64,000 bases of DNA from Vulcanimicrobiota bacterium (GTDB lineage Bacteria > Vulcanimicrobiota > Vulcanimicrobiia > Vulcanimicrobiales > Vulcanimicrobiaceae). Position 1 is the first letter of the stretch; every line of letters begins with the position of its first letter. The notes under the pieces are model-generated. The model ran no database searches. It had not been told where the DNA came from and saw nothing but the letters and a program-made list of their open reading frames with translations. Both the position numbers and the translations under genes were made by a program. Where the stretch lies: NCBI GenBank assembly GCA_963795855.1, contig CAWCIZ010000002.1, positions 320,001 to 384,000 on the forward strand. The letters are read 5' to 3'. This document shows positions 30,927-41,690 of this stretch, piece by piece.

Positions 30927-32248
30927 CAGGCGACGCTCATCAGTTGTGCCATGGTTTCCTGGAAGCCGGCGGTTTCGTAAATTCCTTGCCGGAGAAAGTG
31001 ACGGATCGCTTCGATCTTCGAGAGCGCGAGATCGACGCGCGGATTACTGCCCGGGACGTAGGCGCCGATGTTGACCAGGTCTTCCGCATCGCGGTACGTC
31101 GCGAGGACGTCCCGCAAAGCCGAAGCCGCGGAATAGTGGTTCCGATCGACGACGTCGGGCATGACCCGGCTCACGCTCGAGAGCACGTCGATAGCCGGAT
31201 ATTGATTGGCAGCCGCGAGTTTGCGCGAGAGGACGACGTGGCCGTCGAGAATCGAGCGCACCGCGTCCGCGACCGGTTCGTTCATGTCGTCGCCGTCCAC
31301 GAGCACCGAGTACAGGCCGGTAATCGTTCCCGCGTGCGAAGTGCCGGCGCGCTCCAGCAATTTGGGTAGAAGCGCGAACACGGACGGCGTGTAGCCGCGA
31401 GTGGTCGTCGGCTCGCCGATTGCGAGGCCGACTTCGCGCTGCGCCATTGCGAACCGCGTAACGCTGTCCATCATGAACGTGACGTCCAGGCCTTGGTCGC
31501 GGAAATATTCCGCAATCGTGGTTGCAACGAACGCCGCTTTGATGCGAACGAGCGCGGGCTGATCGCTCGTAGAAACGACCACCACGCTGCGGCGCAGGCC
31601 TTCTTCACCCAAATCGCGCTCGATGAAATCGCGCACTTCTTTCCCACGCTCGCCGATGAGGGCGATGACGTTCACGTCCGCCGCGGTATTGCGCGCGATC
31701 ATTCCGAGAATCGTCGATTTGCCCACGCCGCTTCCGGCGAAGATTCCGACGCGCTGCCCTTTTCCGCACGTGAGCAGACCGTCGATGGCTCGAATGCCGA
31801 GCGAAAGCGGCTGCGTGATGCGCCGGCGCGAGAGCGCGTCCGGAGGCGCCGCGACGATTTTCGCGCGCTTTCCGCCGAAGACGCGGCCTTTGCCGTCAAT
31901 CGGATGACCGAGACCGTCGAGCACGCGTCCGAGCAGATCGTCCGTCACCGCGATTTCCAACGGTTTGCCGAGACTCAGGACGTCGCTGCCCGCGCCGATG
32001 CCCATCAGATCGCCCAGCGGCATGATCAGCACTTTGTTATCGCGGAAACCGACGACTTCAGCGAGCACCGGCTCGGCGGTGCGCTTGTACTGGATGTGAC
32101 ACGTCTCGCCGATGGCCATGTTCGGGCCGATGCTTTCGATGACGACGCCGATCACTTGGCGCACCTTGCCGTTCTGGCGCACCAGATCGACTGAGTCGAG
32201 CAATCCGACGTATTTGTCGGCGGAAAAAACCGGCAGATCGACAGACAT
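30926..32248 (-). CDS. fliI: Flagellar export ATPase FliI
   Basis: GIFAGSGVGKS, MDSVTRFAMAQRE, ILDGHVVLSR. Confidence 0.97.
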   Translation of the reverse strand: MSVDLPVFSADKYVGLLDSVDLVRQNGKVRQVIGVVIESIGPNMAIGETCHIQYKRTAEPVLAEVVGFRDNKVLIMPLGDLMGIGAGSDVLSLGKPLEIAVTDDLLGRVLDGLGHPIDGKGRVFGGKRAKIVAAPPDALSRRRITQPLSLGIRAIDGLLTCGKGQRVGIFAGSGVGKSTILGMIARNTAADVNVIALIGERGKEVRDFIERDLGEEGLRRSVVVVSTSDQPALVRIKAAFVATTIAEYFRDQGLDVTFMMDSVTRFAMAQREVGLAIGEPTTTRGYTPSVFALLPKLLERAGTSHAGTITGLYSVLVDGDDMNEPVADAVRSILDGHVVLSRKLAAANQYPAIDVLSSVSRVMPDVVDRNHYSAASALRDVLATYRDAEDLVNIGAYVPGSNPRVDLALSKIEAIRHFLRQGIYETAGFQETMAQLMSVA

Positions 32249-32257
32249 AACCGGCCC

Positions 32258-33109
32258 TCAGCTGGCTTGCGCGGGTGGGTTGATCAGCGCGGGTCCGCTC
32301 GATTCGCTGACCGAGATCGGATCCTCGACCGCGAGCAAACGGCGCACTTCACGGAGTTGCGTGGAGATCTTCGCATCGATCGTGCCTGCGTCGGTTTCGA
32401 TGAGGACGCCGCCCCGATCCACGCGCTGATCCTCGATCACGCGCAGATTGTCGATGTCGTTCATGGCCATGAGTTTGTCGCGGTGTTGCCGCATGGTTTC
32501 GATGTCCGCCGGATTGACCCGAACGGTCACCGTCTCGCGGTTTACCAAACGCGTGATGGCGGACCGCGTCATTTCCAAAACTGCGCCGCCGTCGAGCGCC
32601 ACGTGCTGATTCAAAACCCGTTCGGCGATTGCGACGGAAAGCCGCACGATTTCCGGCTCCGCGCTCTCGATGATTTTGTAGCGCTCGACGCGCGCCATTT
32701 CAACCAAACCACGCATCGTTTCGAGCATTTCGTCCATCTCGGCGGATGCGGCGGCCCGACCGTCGCCTACGCCCTGGTCGAATCCCAACTGCCGCGCTTC
32801 TGCTTCGATCTGCGCGACCCGCTGCTGCGCGTCCTCAACGAGTTTGAGCGCGCGCTCCCGCGCTTCGCGAACGAGCGTTTCAGCGTCGGAGGCCGCCTCA
32901 TCGATCAGCGCGGCGGCTTCAACGCGTGCGGCGTCGATGACGTCGCTCGCGGGTACGAGGGTCATCGTTTGCTCGGCCGGCGCGTGCGCGTCGGCAAAAA
33001 TTGGGTCGTCGAAGGGGATGGGCGACACCTGCCGCGGAGCCGGTACGATCGGCGGCTTCACTTGATACGTCTGCTGGGTGAACTGCGCACCCTTGACGAC
33101 TTTGCCCAA
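32258..33109 (-). CDS. fliH: Flagellar assembly protein FliH
   Basis: AxxxGxxxG repeats, VRVNPAD, GGVLIETDAGTIDA. Confidence 0.93.
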   Translation of the reverse strand: MGKVVKGAQFTQQTYQVKPPIVPAPRQVSPIPFDDPIFADAHAPAEQTMTLVPASDVIDAARVEAAALIDEAASDAETLVREARERALKLVEDAQQRVAQIEAEARQLGFDQGVGDGRAAASAEMDEMLETMRGLVEMARVERYKIIESAEPEIVRLSVAIAERVLNQHVALDGGAVLEMTRSAITRLVNRETVTVRVNPADIETMRQHRDKLMAMNDIDNLRVIEDQRVDRGGVLIETDAGTIDAKISTQLREVRRLLAVEDPISVSESSGPALINPPAQAS

Positions 33110-33112
33110 AGC

Positions 33113-34192
33113 TTAGACCAGTTTCTCGTCCTTCGCTCCGCGGGCGATGATGATCTGGCCGTTTTCTTCCAGCGTCCGAATGACGTCGACGATCGACTGC
33201 TGAGCTTTGCCGACCTCGCGCATGCGAACGGGCCCGAGAAGATCGATATCTTCGCGCAGCGTCGTGCCGGCGCGCGACGACATGTTTTTGAAGACGCGCG
33301 AGAGCAGATCTTCGTTCGCGGTCTTGAGCGCGAGCGCCAAGTCCTTGCCGTCGACTTCCTTGAGGATGCGTTGAATCGAGCGATCGTCCAGATTGACGAT
33401 GTCTTCGAAGACGAAGAGCAAGTTTTTGACTTCGGTCGCGAGCTCCGGATCGCGCTTGGCGAGCCCCTCGAGAATATTCTTTTCCGTTTCGCGATCGACG
33501 AAGCCCATGACGTTCGCGAGCGATTGGACGCCGCCGGCCTTCGCGAAATCCGTTCCGCTGACCAGCAGACGCCTTCCCAGCAGTTCGTCGAGCTGTTCGA
33601 GCACTTCGGGCGCGGTTTTTTGCAGAATCGCGATGCGCATCGCCACTTCGGCCTGCAACTCGGGCGGAAGCGCGGAAAGCACCGCGCCGGCCTGATCGGC
33701 CGCCATGTAGACGAGGATGAGCGCGATCGTCTGCGGATGTTCGTCTTGAATGAACTGCAGCAGCTGCGCCGGCTCAGTCTTCTTGATGAGTTCGAGCGGA
33801 TTGCCGTGCTTGAGCGCCGCGAACAAGCGGTTCGTCATGTCGTCGGCTTGACCGGCGCCGAACGAACGCTCGAGAATCTCCTTGGCGTACTCGATGCCGC
33901 CTTCGTTGATGTACTTCAGCGCGATGGCGCGCTGATACGCCTCCGTTATGACCGAATCACGCTTCTCGAGCGGTACCGTCGAGATTTTTGCGATTTCGAG
34001 GACGATGCGTTCGACTTCGTCCTGTCGCAAGAATTTGAAAATCGTCGCGGAGAGCTCGAGGCCGAGCGTAATAATCAGAATCGCAGCCTTTTCGGGGCCG
34101 GTAACGTCGAGCGCCGGAAAATCGCCGCCGAGCTGTCCGAGATCGGGCAGATCGTCGGGCACGTCGCTGAGGTTGACGATGGGCGAGTCCAT
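33113..34192 (-). CDS. fliG: Motor switch protein FliG
   Basis: GPEKAAIL, GGIEYA, EHPQTIALIL, FVFED, GPVRMREV. Confidence 0.97.
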   Translation of the reverse strand: MDSPIVNLSDVPDDLPDLGQLGGDFPALDVTGPEKAAILIITLGLELSATIFKFLRQDEVERIVLEIAKISTVPLEKRDSVITEAYQRAIALKYINEGGIEYAKEILERSFGAGQADDMTNRLFAALKHGNPLELIKKTEPAQLLQFIQDEHPQTIALILVYMAADQAGAVLSALPPELQAEVAMRIAILQKTAPEVLEQLDELLGRRLLVSGTDFAKAGGVQSLANVMGFVDRETEKNILEGLAKRDPELATEVKNLLFVFEDIVNLDDRSIQRILKEVDGKDLALALKTANEDLLSRVFKNMSSRAGTTLREDIDLLGPVRMREVGKAQQSIVDVIRTLEENGQIIIARGAKDEKLV

Positions 34193-34193
34193 A

Positions 34194-34350
34194 TTAAAAG
34201 GCACTCCGCTCTGCTGCGCGCCGATTTAAAAGGCGCTGCGGCCTAGCCTGCGCGCCCCTCATCAAAGATGGGGCCCCCACGACCTCATGGCGCCTCGACG
34301 TTCTGCCCGCGTAAGCTTTCCCCGTGGGCGCCGTTAAAGTTGAGCGCCCT
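34194..34350. repeat. Structured intergenic repeat, family B (one partial and one full unit) between fliF and fliG
   Basis: AAAAGGC(A/G)CT..CTGCGCGCC..GGGGCCCCCACGACC..CCCCGTGGGCGCC, homologous to 37421-37657. Confidence 0.85.
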
Positions 34351-34351
34351 A

Positions 34352-35995
34352 TCATTCGGCTAGCCACAGCTTGACGAGTTTTGCAATGCTGTCCGGATTC
34401 TCCTGAGCGACGGTAGTGACGTATTCGATCATCTGTTCGCGAGTAAGGTCGGCGGCCGAACGAATCGGTGCTGCGATGCCGGGAGCGCCGTCCAGCATCG
34501 GATGCTCTTCGAACGGCGGCAGTTCTTCGGCGAGCGTCGAATCGAAGGACGGCAATTCCATCGCGGGCTTGAACGAACTTCCGCGGCGTCTGCGCATCGC
34601 GAACAATCCAAGTCCGCCGACTGCGCCGAGAAGCAATATCGCGATGACGGCGGCGAGCGGGATGCCGAGCACCGTTCCGGGCGTTTGCGTCGCGATTGCG
34701 CCTGGAAGGGCCGCGACGGCCGGATTGAACGGAATCGATTCGACGGAAACTTGATCGCCGGTCGAAAGATTCAGACCGGCTGCGGCAACCACGAGGTTTT
34801 GAATTTGCTGACGCATCGCGGGAGTGATCTGGTACGGCTGACCCGGCGACTTACTCGTGGTTGCAGCGGCAGCGCTGTTCAGGACGACGGCGACGCTGGT
34901 CGAAACGACTTTCCCCGGCGCGTCGATATGTTTGCTGTTCGACTCGGAGATGTCGTAGTTCGTCGTCGTTTCCGACTTGTTGTAGCGGCCGCCGGGGGTT
35001 TGCTGCTGCCCTTGGTACGTCGGCACGTTGGTCGTCGTGCCGGGCACGCCCGCCGCGCGAGCTGCAGCCTGCGCGCCGTTGTACGATTCGCGCTTGGATT
35101 GCGCTGAGAGCACGGTGCCTTGCGGCGCGTACGTCTTCGTTTCCGTCGTGGTGGCGTCGAAATTCATTTTCGTCGACACGCGCGCGACGGCATGACGCGG
35201 GCCGAGCGTCTGATCCAGCATCGATTGCACGCTGGCCTGCACGGTGGCCTCATAGCGCTGTTTCGCGGCGAGTTGTTCTTGCGTAAGGTTGAGCGGATCG
35301 GGCTGACTACTGTCCGAGCCTTGCGGCGGCAGCAGCACCTGCCCGTCCTGATTCACGATGGTGACGTTTTCGGGTTTGAGCCCTTCGACGGCGTGCGAAA
35401 CCAGCATCGTGATGCCCTGCACTTGCTGCGGTGAGAGCTCCATGCCGGGTTTGGTCGTGACGGCAACCGACGCAGTCGTGGGATTCTGCGTGGTGCTGTA
35501 CAGCGTTTGGTCCGGCTCCGCGATCTGCACGCGCGCTCCGTCCACCGGATCCAGACCCGCGATGGTGCGCTCGAGTTCACCTTCGACCGCGCGAGTCTTG
35601 TCGATCTTCTCTTCGAATTCGGTCATGCCGAAGTTCGTCCGGTCGAAGAGTTCGTAACCGGTCGAGCTGCCTTTGATGACGTTCGCGCCGGCGATGGCCA
35701 CGCGTTCGTCGGAAATATTTTGCGCCGGAACCAAGACGGTTTTGCCGTCGGCGGAGAGCTGATACGGGACTTTGTCGTCCTTCAAGTGCTGCGTAACCGA
35801 GGCTGCGTCGCCTGCGGAAAGGTTCGAAAAGAGCGGCTCGTATGCGGGGCGGTTGAACGCATAAAGAGCGCCCAGCGCGAGCACCGCAACCGCGAGAACG
35901 AAAAATACACCGACGGCGACATTGCGGTTGGGGCCTTCCCACAATGTTCGAAACCGGCCGGCGAGATCGTTCCACATCACCGAGACGCGATCCAA
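34352..35995 (-). CDS. fliF: Flagellar MS-ring protein FliF
   Basis: PLFSNLS, GYELFD..FGMTEFE, RAVEGELERTI, two TM segments. Confidence 0.96.
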   Translation of the reverse strand: MDRVSVMWNDLAGRFRTLWEGPNRNVAVGVFFVLAVAVLALGALYAFNRPAYEPLFSNLSAGDAASVTQHLKDDKVPYQLSADGKTVLVPAQNISDERVAIAGANVIKGSSTGYELFDRTNFGMTEFEEKIDKTRAVEGELERTIAGLDPVDGARVQIAEPDQTLYSTTQNPTTASVAVTTKPGMELSPQQVQGITMLVSHAVEGLKPENVTIVNQDGQVLLPPQGSDSSQPDPLNLTQEQLAAKQRYEATVQASVQSMLDQTLGPRHAVARVSTKMNFDATTTETKTYAPQGTVLSAQSKRESYNGAQAAARAAGVPGTTTNVPTYQGQQQTPGGRYNKSETTTNYDISESNSKHIDAPGKVVSTSVAVVLNSAAAATTSKSPGQPYQITPAMRQQIQNLVVAAAGLNLSTGDQVSVESIPFNPAVAALPGAIATQTPGTVLGIPLAAVIAILLLGAVGGLGLFAMRRRRGSSFKPAMELPSFDSTLAEELPPFEEHPMLDGAPGIAAPIRSAADLTREQMIEYVTTVAQENPDSIAKLVKLWLAE

Positions 35996-36111
35996 AACGT
36001 CACCTAACCTCTAGGCGCGGCCGACCGTGGCCAGCTTACCGAACGTCCATGTCCGGCAGCATACGAGTCCCTGCGGTCTGAACCCCAGACCGTACGGACT
36101 ACTCACCTGTA

Positions 36112-36138
36112 GTATCGGACGTTGTCCACACCGCTTTA
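36112..36138 (-). promoter_or_regulatory. sigma28 promoter upstream of fliF
   Basis: Minus strand TAAA-N15-TCCGATAC, followed by a 13/15-bp hairpin (36066-36100) in the leader. Confidence 0.7.
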
Positions 36139-36186
36139 CGACCGGATTCTGTACTGCGGCAAACTTAACAAGGCGATGACTGCAGC

Positions 36187-37432
36187 TCATACTGCGAACT
36201 GCGAGCGCTCCGCTCCGACCGAGACGCACTCGACCGGCACCCCAAGTATCGCTTCGACGCGGCGAACGTACGCGCGCGCCGTTTCGGGGAGATCGGCGAT
36301 CCGCCGCACACGCCGAGATATCTTCGCGCCAGCCTTCCATGTACTCGTGGTCGAGCTCGAGCCCGGATTGCCCGGCCGCGGCGAACGGCACCGGTTTTCC
36401 GCGCAGGCGGTATCCCGTCGCGATGCCGATGCGTTCGAAACCCGTCAGCACGTCGAGTTTGGTGATGACTGCGGAGGTGAGCCCGTTCAGGCGCGCCGCG
36501 TACCGCGCGGCGACCGCGTCGAACCAGCCGCACCGGCGCGGACGTCCGGTCACGACGCCGAACTCGGCACCGGCCCTGCGCAAACGCTCGCCGGTTTCGT
36601 CCTGCAATTCGGACGGAAACGGTCCACCGCCGACGCGCGTGCAATACGCCTTCACCACGCCGATGACTCGCCGAACCGCGGTCGGTCCGATGCCCAAACC
36701 GATGCAAGCGCCGCCCGCGATGGTGTGCGAGCTGGTGACGTACGGATACGTTCCGTAGCCCACGTCGAGCAACGAGCCTTGCGCGCCTTCAACCAGAACG
36801 CGTCGGCCGCTCTCCATCGCGCCGTGCAGATAGTCGATACCGTCGACGATATGCGGCGTAATGCGTGCCGCGGCATCGAGCGTCGGTGCGATCAGTTCTT
36901 CCGCGCCTTTGAGGCGCAGTTTGTCCGCCAGCGTTTCCGGCCGCAGCAGATCGCCGAACGTGATTCCCGACCGCGCGGCCTTGTCGACGTACGCCGGGCC
37001 GATCCCGCGCCCGGTCGTGCCGATCGCTTGCGCTCCGCGCGCCCGTTCGGCGGCTTTGTCGGCGTCCGCATGATACGGAAAGACGACGTGCGCGCGATCC
37101 GAAATGCGAACGCGCGAAACATCCACGCCGAGCGCTTTGAGCGAATCCAGTTCGCGGGTCAGTCCCTGCAGACTGACGACCGTTCCGCCGCCGATGAAGA
37201 GCTCGCAGTGTTCCTGCAACACGCCCGAAGGCACGATGCGCAGCGCGAGTTTGCGCTCGCCGACGTGAATGGAATGTCCTGCGTTGTCACCGCCGCCGAA
37301 CCGCGCCACTACGTCGTAATCGCGCGCGTACTGGTCGACGATCCGGCCCTTGCCTTCGTCGCCCCACTGAATACCCACAATGATGTCAGCTTTGCCGACA
37401 CCATCGTTGGGCCCCGATGTTTGAAAAGGCAC
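36187..37432 (-). CDS. purA: Adenylosuccinate synthetase (indel near 36310; start uncertain)
   Basis: GIQWGDEGKG, IGTTGRGIGPAY, EGAQG, GTYPYVTSS, TGRPRRCGW. The C-terminus LPETARAYV...SVGAER lies in the shifted frame. Confidence 0.96.
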
Positions 37433-37657
37433 TACGGCTTCGGCTCCGCGCCCCCCACGCTAAAGCGTGTGCTCGCGCGAACATACCCCGTGGGCGCCCT
37501 AAACAAGTATGAGTTGCTACTCATTTAAAAGGCGCTCCGCCCTAGGCTGCGCGCCCCCCACGCTAAAGCGTGGGGCCCCCACGACCACACGGCGCCTCAA
37601 TATCGTGCTCGCGTAAAGATGCCCCGTGGGCGCCCTAGAACAAGTATGAGTAGCTGC
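37421..37657. repeat. Structured intergenic repeat, family B, two tandem units (the first internally deleted)
   Basis: Units 37421-37523 and 37524-37657 share CCCCCCACGCTAAAGCGTG, CCCCGTGGGCGCCCTA and AACAAGTATGAGT. Confidence 0.9.
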
Positions 37658-38970
37658 TTATTCATTCATGAACTCGAGATCCGATGTATCGCCCATCGGA
37701 ATCTGCGGCACTCCTTCGAACGACGTCATCACGAATTCGCTGAAAAGCGCGTTCGGCCAGCCGAAGTCGGGGCGCGTGTAGCGCTTCGGATCGTTCGGAT
37801 CGAACGATTCGTGCAGCAGGTGATCGCCCGGATCGCTGGCGAGCAGTTGGTTCAGCACGTCTTGTTTTTCGGTCCGCGGAGGATGCCGTCAGTCCCTCCA
37901 TCACCATCGCGAGCGGCCATACCCAATGCTCCGGCGTGTGCCAGCTGCCGATGCCGCGGGCGACCGTGCCGGTATAATACGACGGATTGTCCTGCGAGAG
38001 TAAAAATGCTCGCGTGTTCAGATAGTAGCGATCGTTGTCCGGCAGGTAGCCGATATACGGCGCGGATAGCAGGCTGGGGACGTTGGCGTCGTCGGTCAGA
38101 ATCGCGTGGCCGAGACCGTCGACTTCGTACGCGTAGATGTAGCCGTACTTCGATACGGGCACCATGCCGTAACGCTGAATGCCCCGCTGCACTTCGTCGC
38201 GCAGCGATTGCGCTTCGTGCGCTTTGATGAGATTGTGATAGACTTCGCGCTCGATTTGCGCCATGTCGCCGAGCGCGACGACCGCGAACATCTCGGACGG
38301 AATGGAATAGTTGTAAAAGCACGCGTCGTCCGACGGACGAAAACCCGTCCAGATCATGCCGGTATATCCGACCGGGCTTCCGCGCCCGTCGTTCGGGAGT
38401 TCTTTGTGCGTATAGCGCGAGTTGCGCGGATGGTCTTGCTCGCGCTCCATCGTGGCGAGGATTGCGTCGAACGCTTTGGATTCATCGGGCGTAAAGACGG
38501 AAGCATCGCCGGTGACGTGCCAATAACTCCACGCCAGCGTTACCGGATACGCCAGCGAGTCGAGTTCGAACTTTTCCTCCCAAACGCGGTAATCGAGCGT
38601 GAAGGCGTTGGCGTACGGATCGATCTGCAGGTACTTCGCTTGGCGCGCGATGATGCCGCGCAGCAGTTCGCGGATGGTCGCGTCTTCGCGCGCGTAATAG
38701 AAATACGGCCGCACTTGCGCGCTCGAGTCGCGCAGCCATTCCGCCGGAATGTCGCCCGTTTTCACATAAGCGGTTCCGTCGGGCGCTGAGGACCGCCAGT
38801 TTGGTCGTATCCAGCAGCGCCGCGCGGAACATTTCCTGCAAGTGCAGGTTCGAACTTTGGTAGTCGGCGGCGGCCTGCTGGATCGACTGCAATTCGAGCG
38901 CTCCGGCAGGCGAGCGGAACGCAAAACAGCAGGGCGAGCAGGCGGCAAACAAGTGCTTGAACGACTTCAT
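37658..38970 (-). CDS. Glycoside hydrolase family 125 (exo-alpha-1,6-mannosidase-like), signal-peptide-like N-terminus; indels near 38790 and 37870
   Basis: TGDIPAEWLRDS, WEEKFELDSL, FRPSDDAC, YAYEVDG, DDANVPSLL, HESFD..YTRPDFGWPNALF. Confidence 0.9.
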
Positions 38971-39480
38971 TGTGGCCAACTTCCGTGGGCGTAGAGTTCA
39001 GGTAATTCACGGTAACGGCCCAGATAATCCAGGCCGTATCCGACGACGAAGACGTCGGGCATTTCAAACCCGCGGTATTTCACGTGCACGTCCGCGATGC
39101 GCCGGTGCGGGCGATCGAGCAGCGTGCAGACTTCCAGCGAGGCCGGCGCGCGCGCGCGCTAACGTTTGCGTTATATATTGAAGCGTCAGTCCGGTATCGA
39201 TCGTGTCCTCTACGAGCACCACATGCCGGCCTTCGATGGATGCGCTGGTGTCCTTGATGAACCGAATGCCGCCGGCGTCGCCGTACCGTGAGAGCGCGAT
39301 GAAATCGAACTCGCAAGGTATCGGTATGGCGCGCGTCAGATCGGCAACGAAGACGGCCGAACTGGTCAGCACGCCTACGATCATCGGATTTTTTCCGGCA
39401 TAGTCGGAGGTGATGGCGGCGCCGATCTCGCGCACGCGCGCCGCAATCGCCGCTTCGTCGAACAGGCGCTGCGCGATCAC
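38967..39480 (-). CDS. hpt: Hypoxanthine phosphoribosyltransferase (indel near 39150)
   Basis: VVLVEDTIDTGLTL, then CTLLDRP...FVVGYGLDY..RYRELP in the shifted frame. Confidence 0.92.
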
Positions 39481-39807
39481 GACGGCGAGCCGGCCTGGTC
39501 GAAAAAATTCGCTGTACGTCGTGCCGCGTGAAGAATTTGATCGCAAGGTCGGGGAACGACTTGACGCAGCAGGCGCACCTTGCGATTTTTGCGCGACTGC
39601 AGGTGCGGGCTGTGCACGGTCATTTCGACAAACAGATCGTACTGAGGAAGATAGAAATCCGGCGTAAACCACTCGACGGCGTTTCCGCACTCGTCACGCG
39701 AAATCGGGAAGGAGCAGGGCTCGTAATGCCAGTCGACTTGATAGAAATCCAAGAGTCGAGCGAATTCCGCTTCGCTGCGATGCGCAAACCGCGGTGTTGC
39801 ATTCCAC
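39477..39807 (-). CDS. Small PD-(D/E)XK-like / TnsA-N-like protein (indels at both ends)
   Basis: FAHRSEAEFARLLDFY...YEP...FTPDFYLP...FVEMT...KNRKVRLL. The stop overlaps the hpt GTG. Confidence 0.7.
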
Positions 39808-39845
39808 GGGCGAACATCTACGACGCGCGCGTTCCCGAATCTGCC

Positions 39846-40960
39846 TTTAGCGCGGCAAGCAGGCCTCGAACCGGGCGCCGCCCAGCGGTGACTCGCGCGC
39901 GCGAATCGGCGCCGCCGGCACGTTCGACGATCATTTTGACGATTGCGAGTCCGATGCCGGTGCCCGGGCCGAACCGCGTTCTGGGGCTGCGCACTCGCAA
40001 GGCGAAGATCGACTCGCGTTCGCCGGCGCGATGCCGGGGCCATCGTCGTCGACGGTGATGATCGCCGTCGGCCTCGCGCACGCCGACGAAGCACCCGACC
40101 GTTCCGCCGGCCGCGCCGTATTTGATCGCATTTTCGAGCAGATTCACGATCAGCTGCAGACAAGCATCGGCATCGATGGCGACGCGAACGTCGGCGTATG
40201 GGAGCGCACGCTGACGGTCACGGACGCCGCGGCGCGCGCGGGCGGCCGAACCACTTCGAAGTGGCCTGCACTGCATCCGCGAAGTCGCAGATCGCACTGC
40301 TGCATTGCAAGCGTATCGACGGAGAGATCGAAGAGCGAAAATTCGAACATGCCGTCGAGCAGGCGTCCCATGCGCAGCGCTTCCCGGCGCGCTGTTTCAA
40401 GGAAGCGCGAGCGGTTCTGTCCGTCGGTCTCTTCGTCGAGCAGCGTTTCGAGATAGCCGCGGATCGACGTCAGCGGCGTGCGCAGCTCGTGGCCGATCGC
40501 GGAAAAGAATTCGTACCGCTCGCGATCGCGCGCCCCGCGTTCGAGCGCGGCGGCGATATCGCCATTCAAATCATTCGTTGCGCGAACGAGCAGCGTCCAG
40601 CCGTTTTCGACGGGCAATTCGGTTTCGCAGCGAAATCGCCGCGCCGATGCGCTCGAGCACCGCGCGAATGTCCATCGGAGACGGCGCCCGCGCTTCGCGC
40701 GACGGCGCGGTCATGACGATTGCGAATGCGTCGCTTCCCACGTCGTGTCCCGTTAGATCGCCGGTGCGCAGCATGCGCGCGGATGACTCCATAAACGCGC
40801 AGTCGTGGCGCGCTCGAGCCGATGCGCGGCGCGCTTTCCATCCCGCCACGCGATTCGCTCGAAATCGGGCAGGCGCAGCGCGAGCAGCGGCACGGGCGCA
40901 CGCTCGACGGCCGCTTCGAGCGGCGCGGCAAGCGCGCGCAGAGCGAGTACGCCGATTACG
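39846..40960 (-). CDS. Cytoplasmic sensor histidine kinase with degenerate GGDEF-like N-terminus (several indels; ends approximate)
   Basis: HELRTPLTSIRGY (H-box), NLLENAIKY (N), DDDGPGI (G1) and GTGIGLAIVK (G2) are spread over frames. Confidence 0.8.
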
Positions 40961-41646
40961 CGCGCGAGAACTTGTAGCCGAAGCCATGAACCGTCTGCAG
41001 CATCGGCGGAAGGCTGCGCTTCTTCTTCGATTTTCAAGCGCACGCGCCGCACATGCACGTCGACCGTTCGTTCGTCACCCTCGAAATCGAATCCCCAGAC
41101 TTTTTCGACGAGCGTGCGCCGTGAAAGCGCGACGCCGGGGTTCGCGGCAAATGCGAGCAGCAGCGCGAATTCGCGCGGTTTGAGTTTGACGTCGTTGCCG
41201 TCGACGCGCGCTTCGCGTGCGGCTTCGTCGATTTCGAGCCGTCCGAAACTGAGCACCTTGGGAGACGGGTCGTTCGGCGTGCCCGCGCGCCGCAGAACGG
41301 CTTTCAAACGCGCGACGACCTCGCGCGGCGAAAACGGTTTGCAGATGTAGTCGTCCGCGCCTAGTTCGAAACCGACGACGCGATCGATTTCGTCGATGCG
41401 TGCCGTCAGCATCAGAATCGGGACGCCGTACTTCTCGCGGCGCAGCGTCCGTGCAACTTCCAATCCGTCGATCGCGGGCAGGCCGATGTCGAGAATGACC
41501 GCGTCGGCGCGTTCGCGGCCGGCGCGCAGTGCGGCGTTCCCGTCAGCAACGGCGATGACGTCGAAGCCGTCGCGCTCCAGATGGTGCGCGAGCAATTCTC
41601 GAATTGCCGGATCGTCTTCCGCGAGCAAAACCGTACTGGCGGGCAT
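40956..41646 (-). CDS. OmpR/PhoB family response regulator (indel near 41012)
   Basis: VLLAEDD, ILDIGLP, GADDYICKPFS, RTVDVHVRRVR, TVHGFGYKF. Confidence 0.93.
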
Positions 41647-41690
41647 GCATCGGACAGTGCCCGAGGTTACGCGCGCGGGGACACGGGTAC

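Noticed and set aside
32267..34246. Long plus-strand ORF (659 aa) and similar antisense ORFs (9504..10859, 36122..37528)
   Set aside because: Shadow ORFs of high-GC genes on the opposite strand, with no motifs.
37421..37657. CRISPR array
   Set aside because: Only two long degenerate units, no unique spacers and no cas genes.
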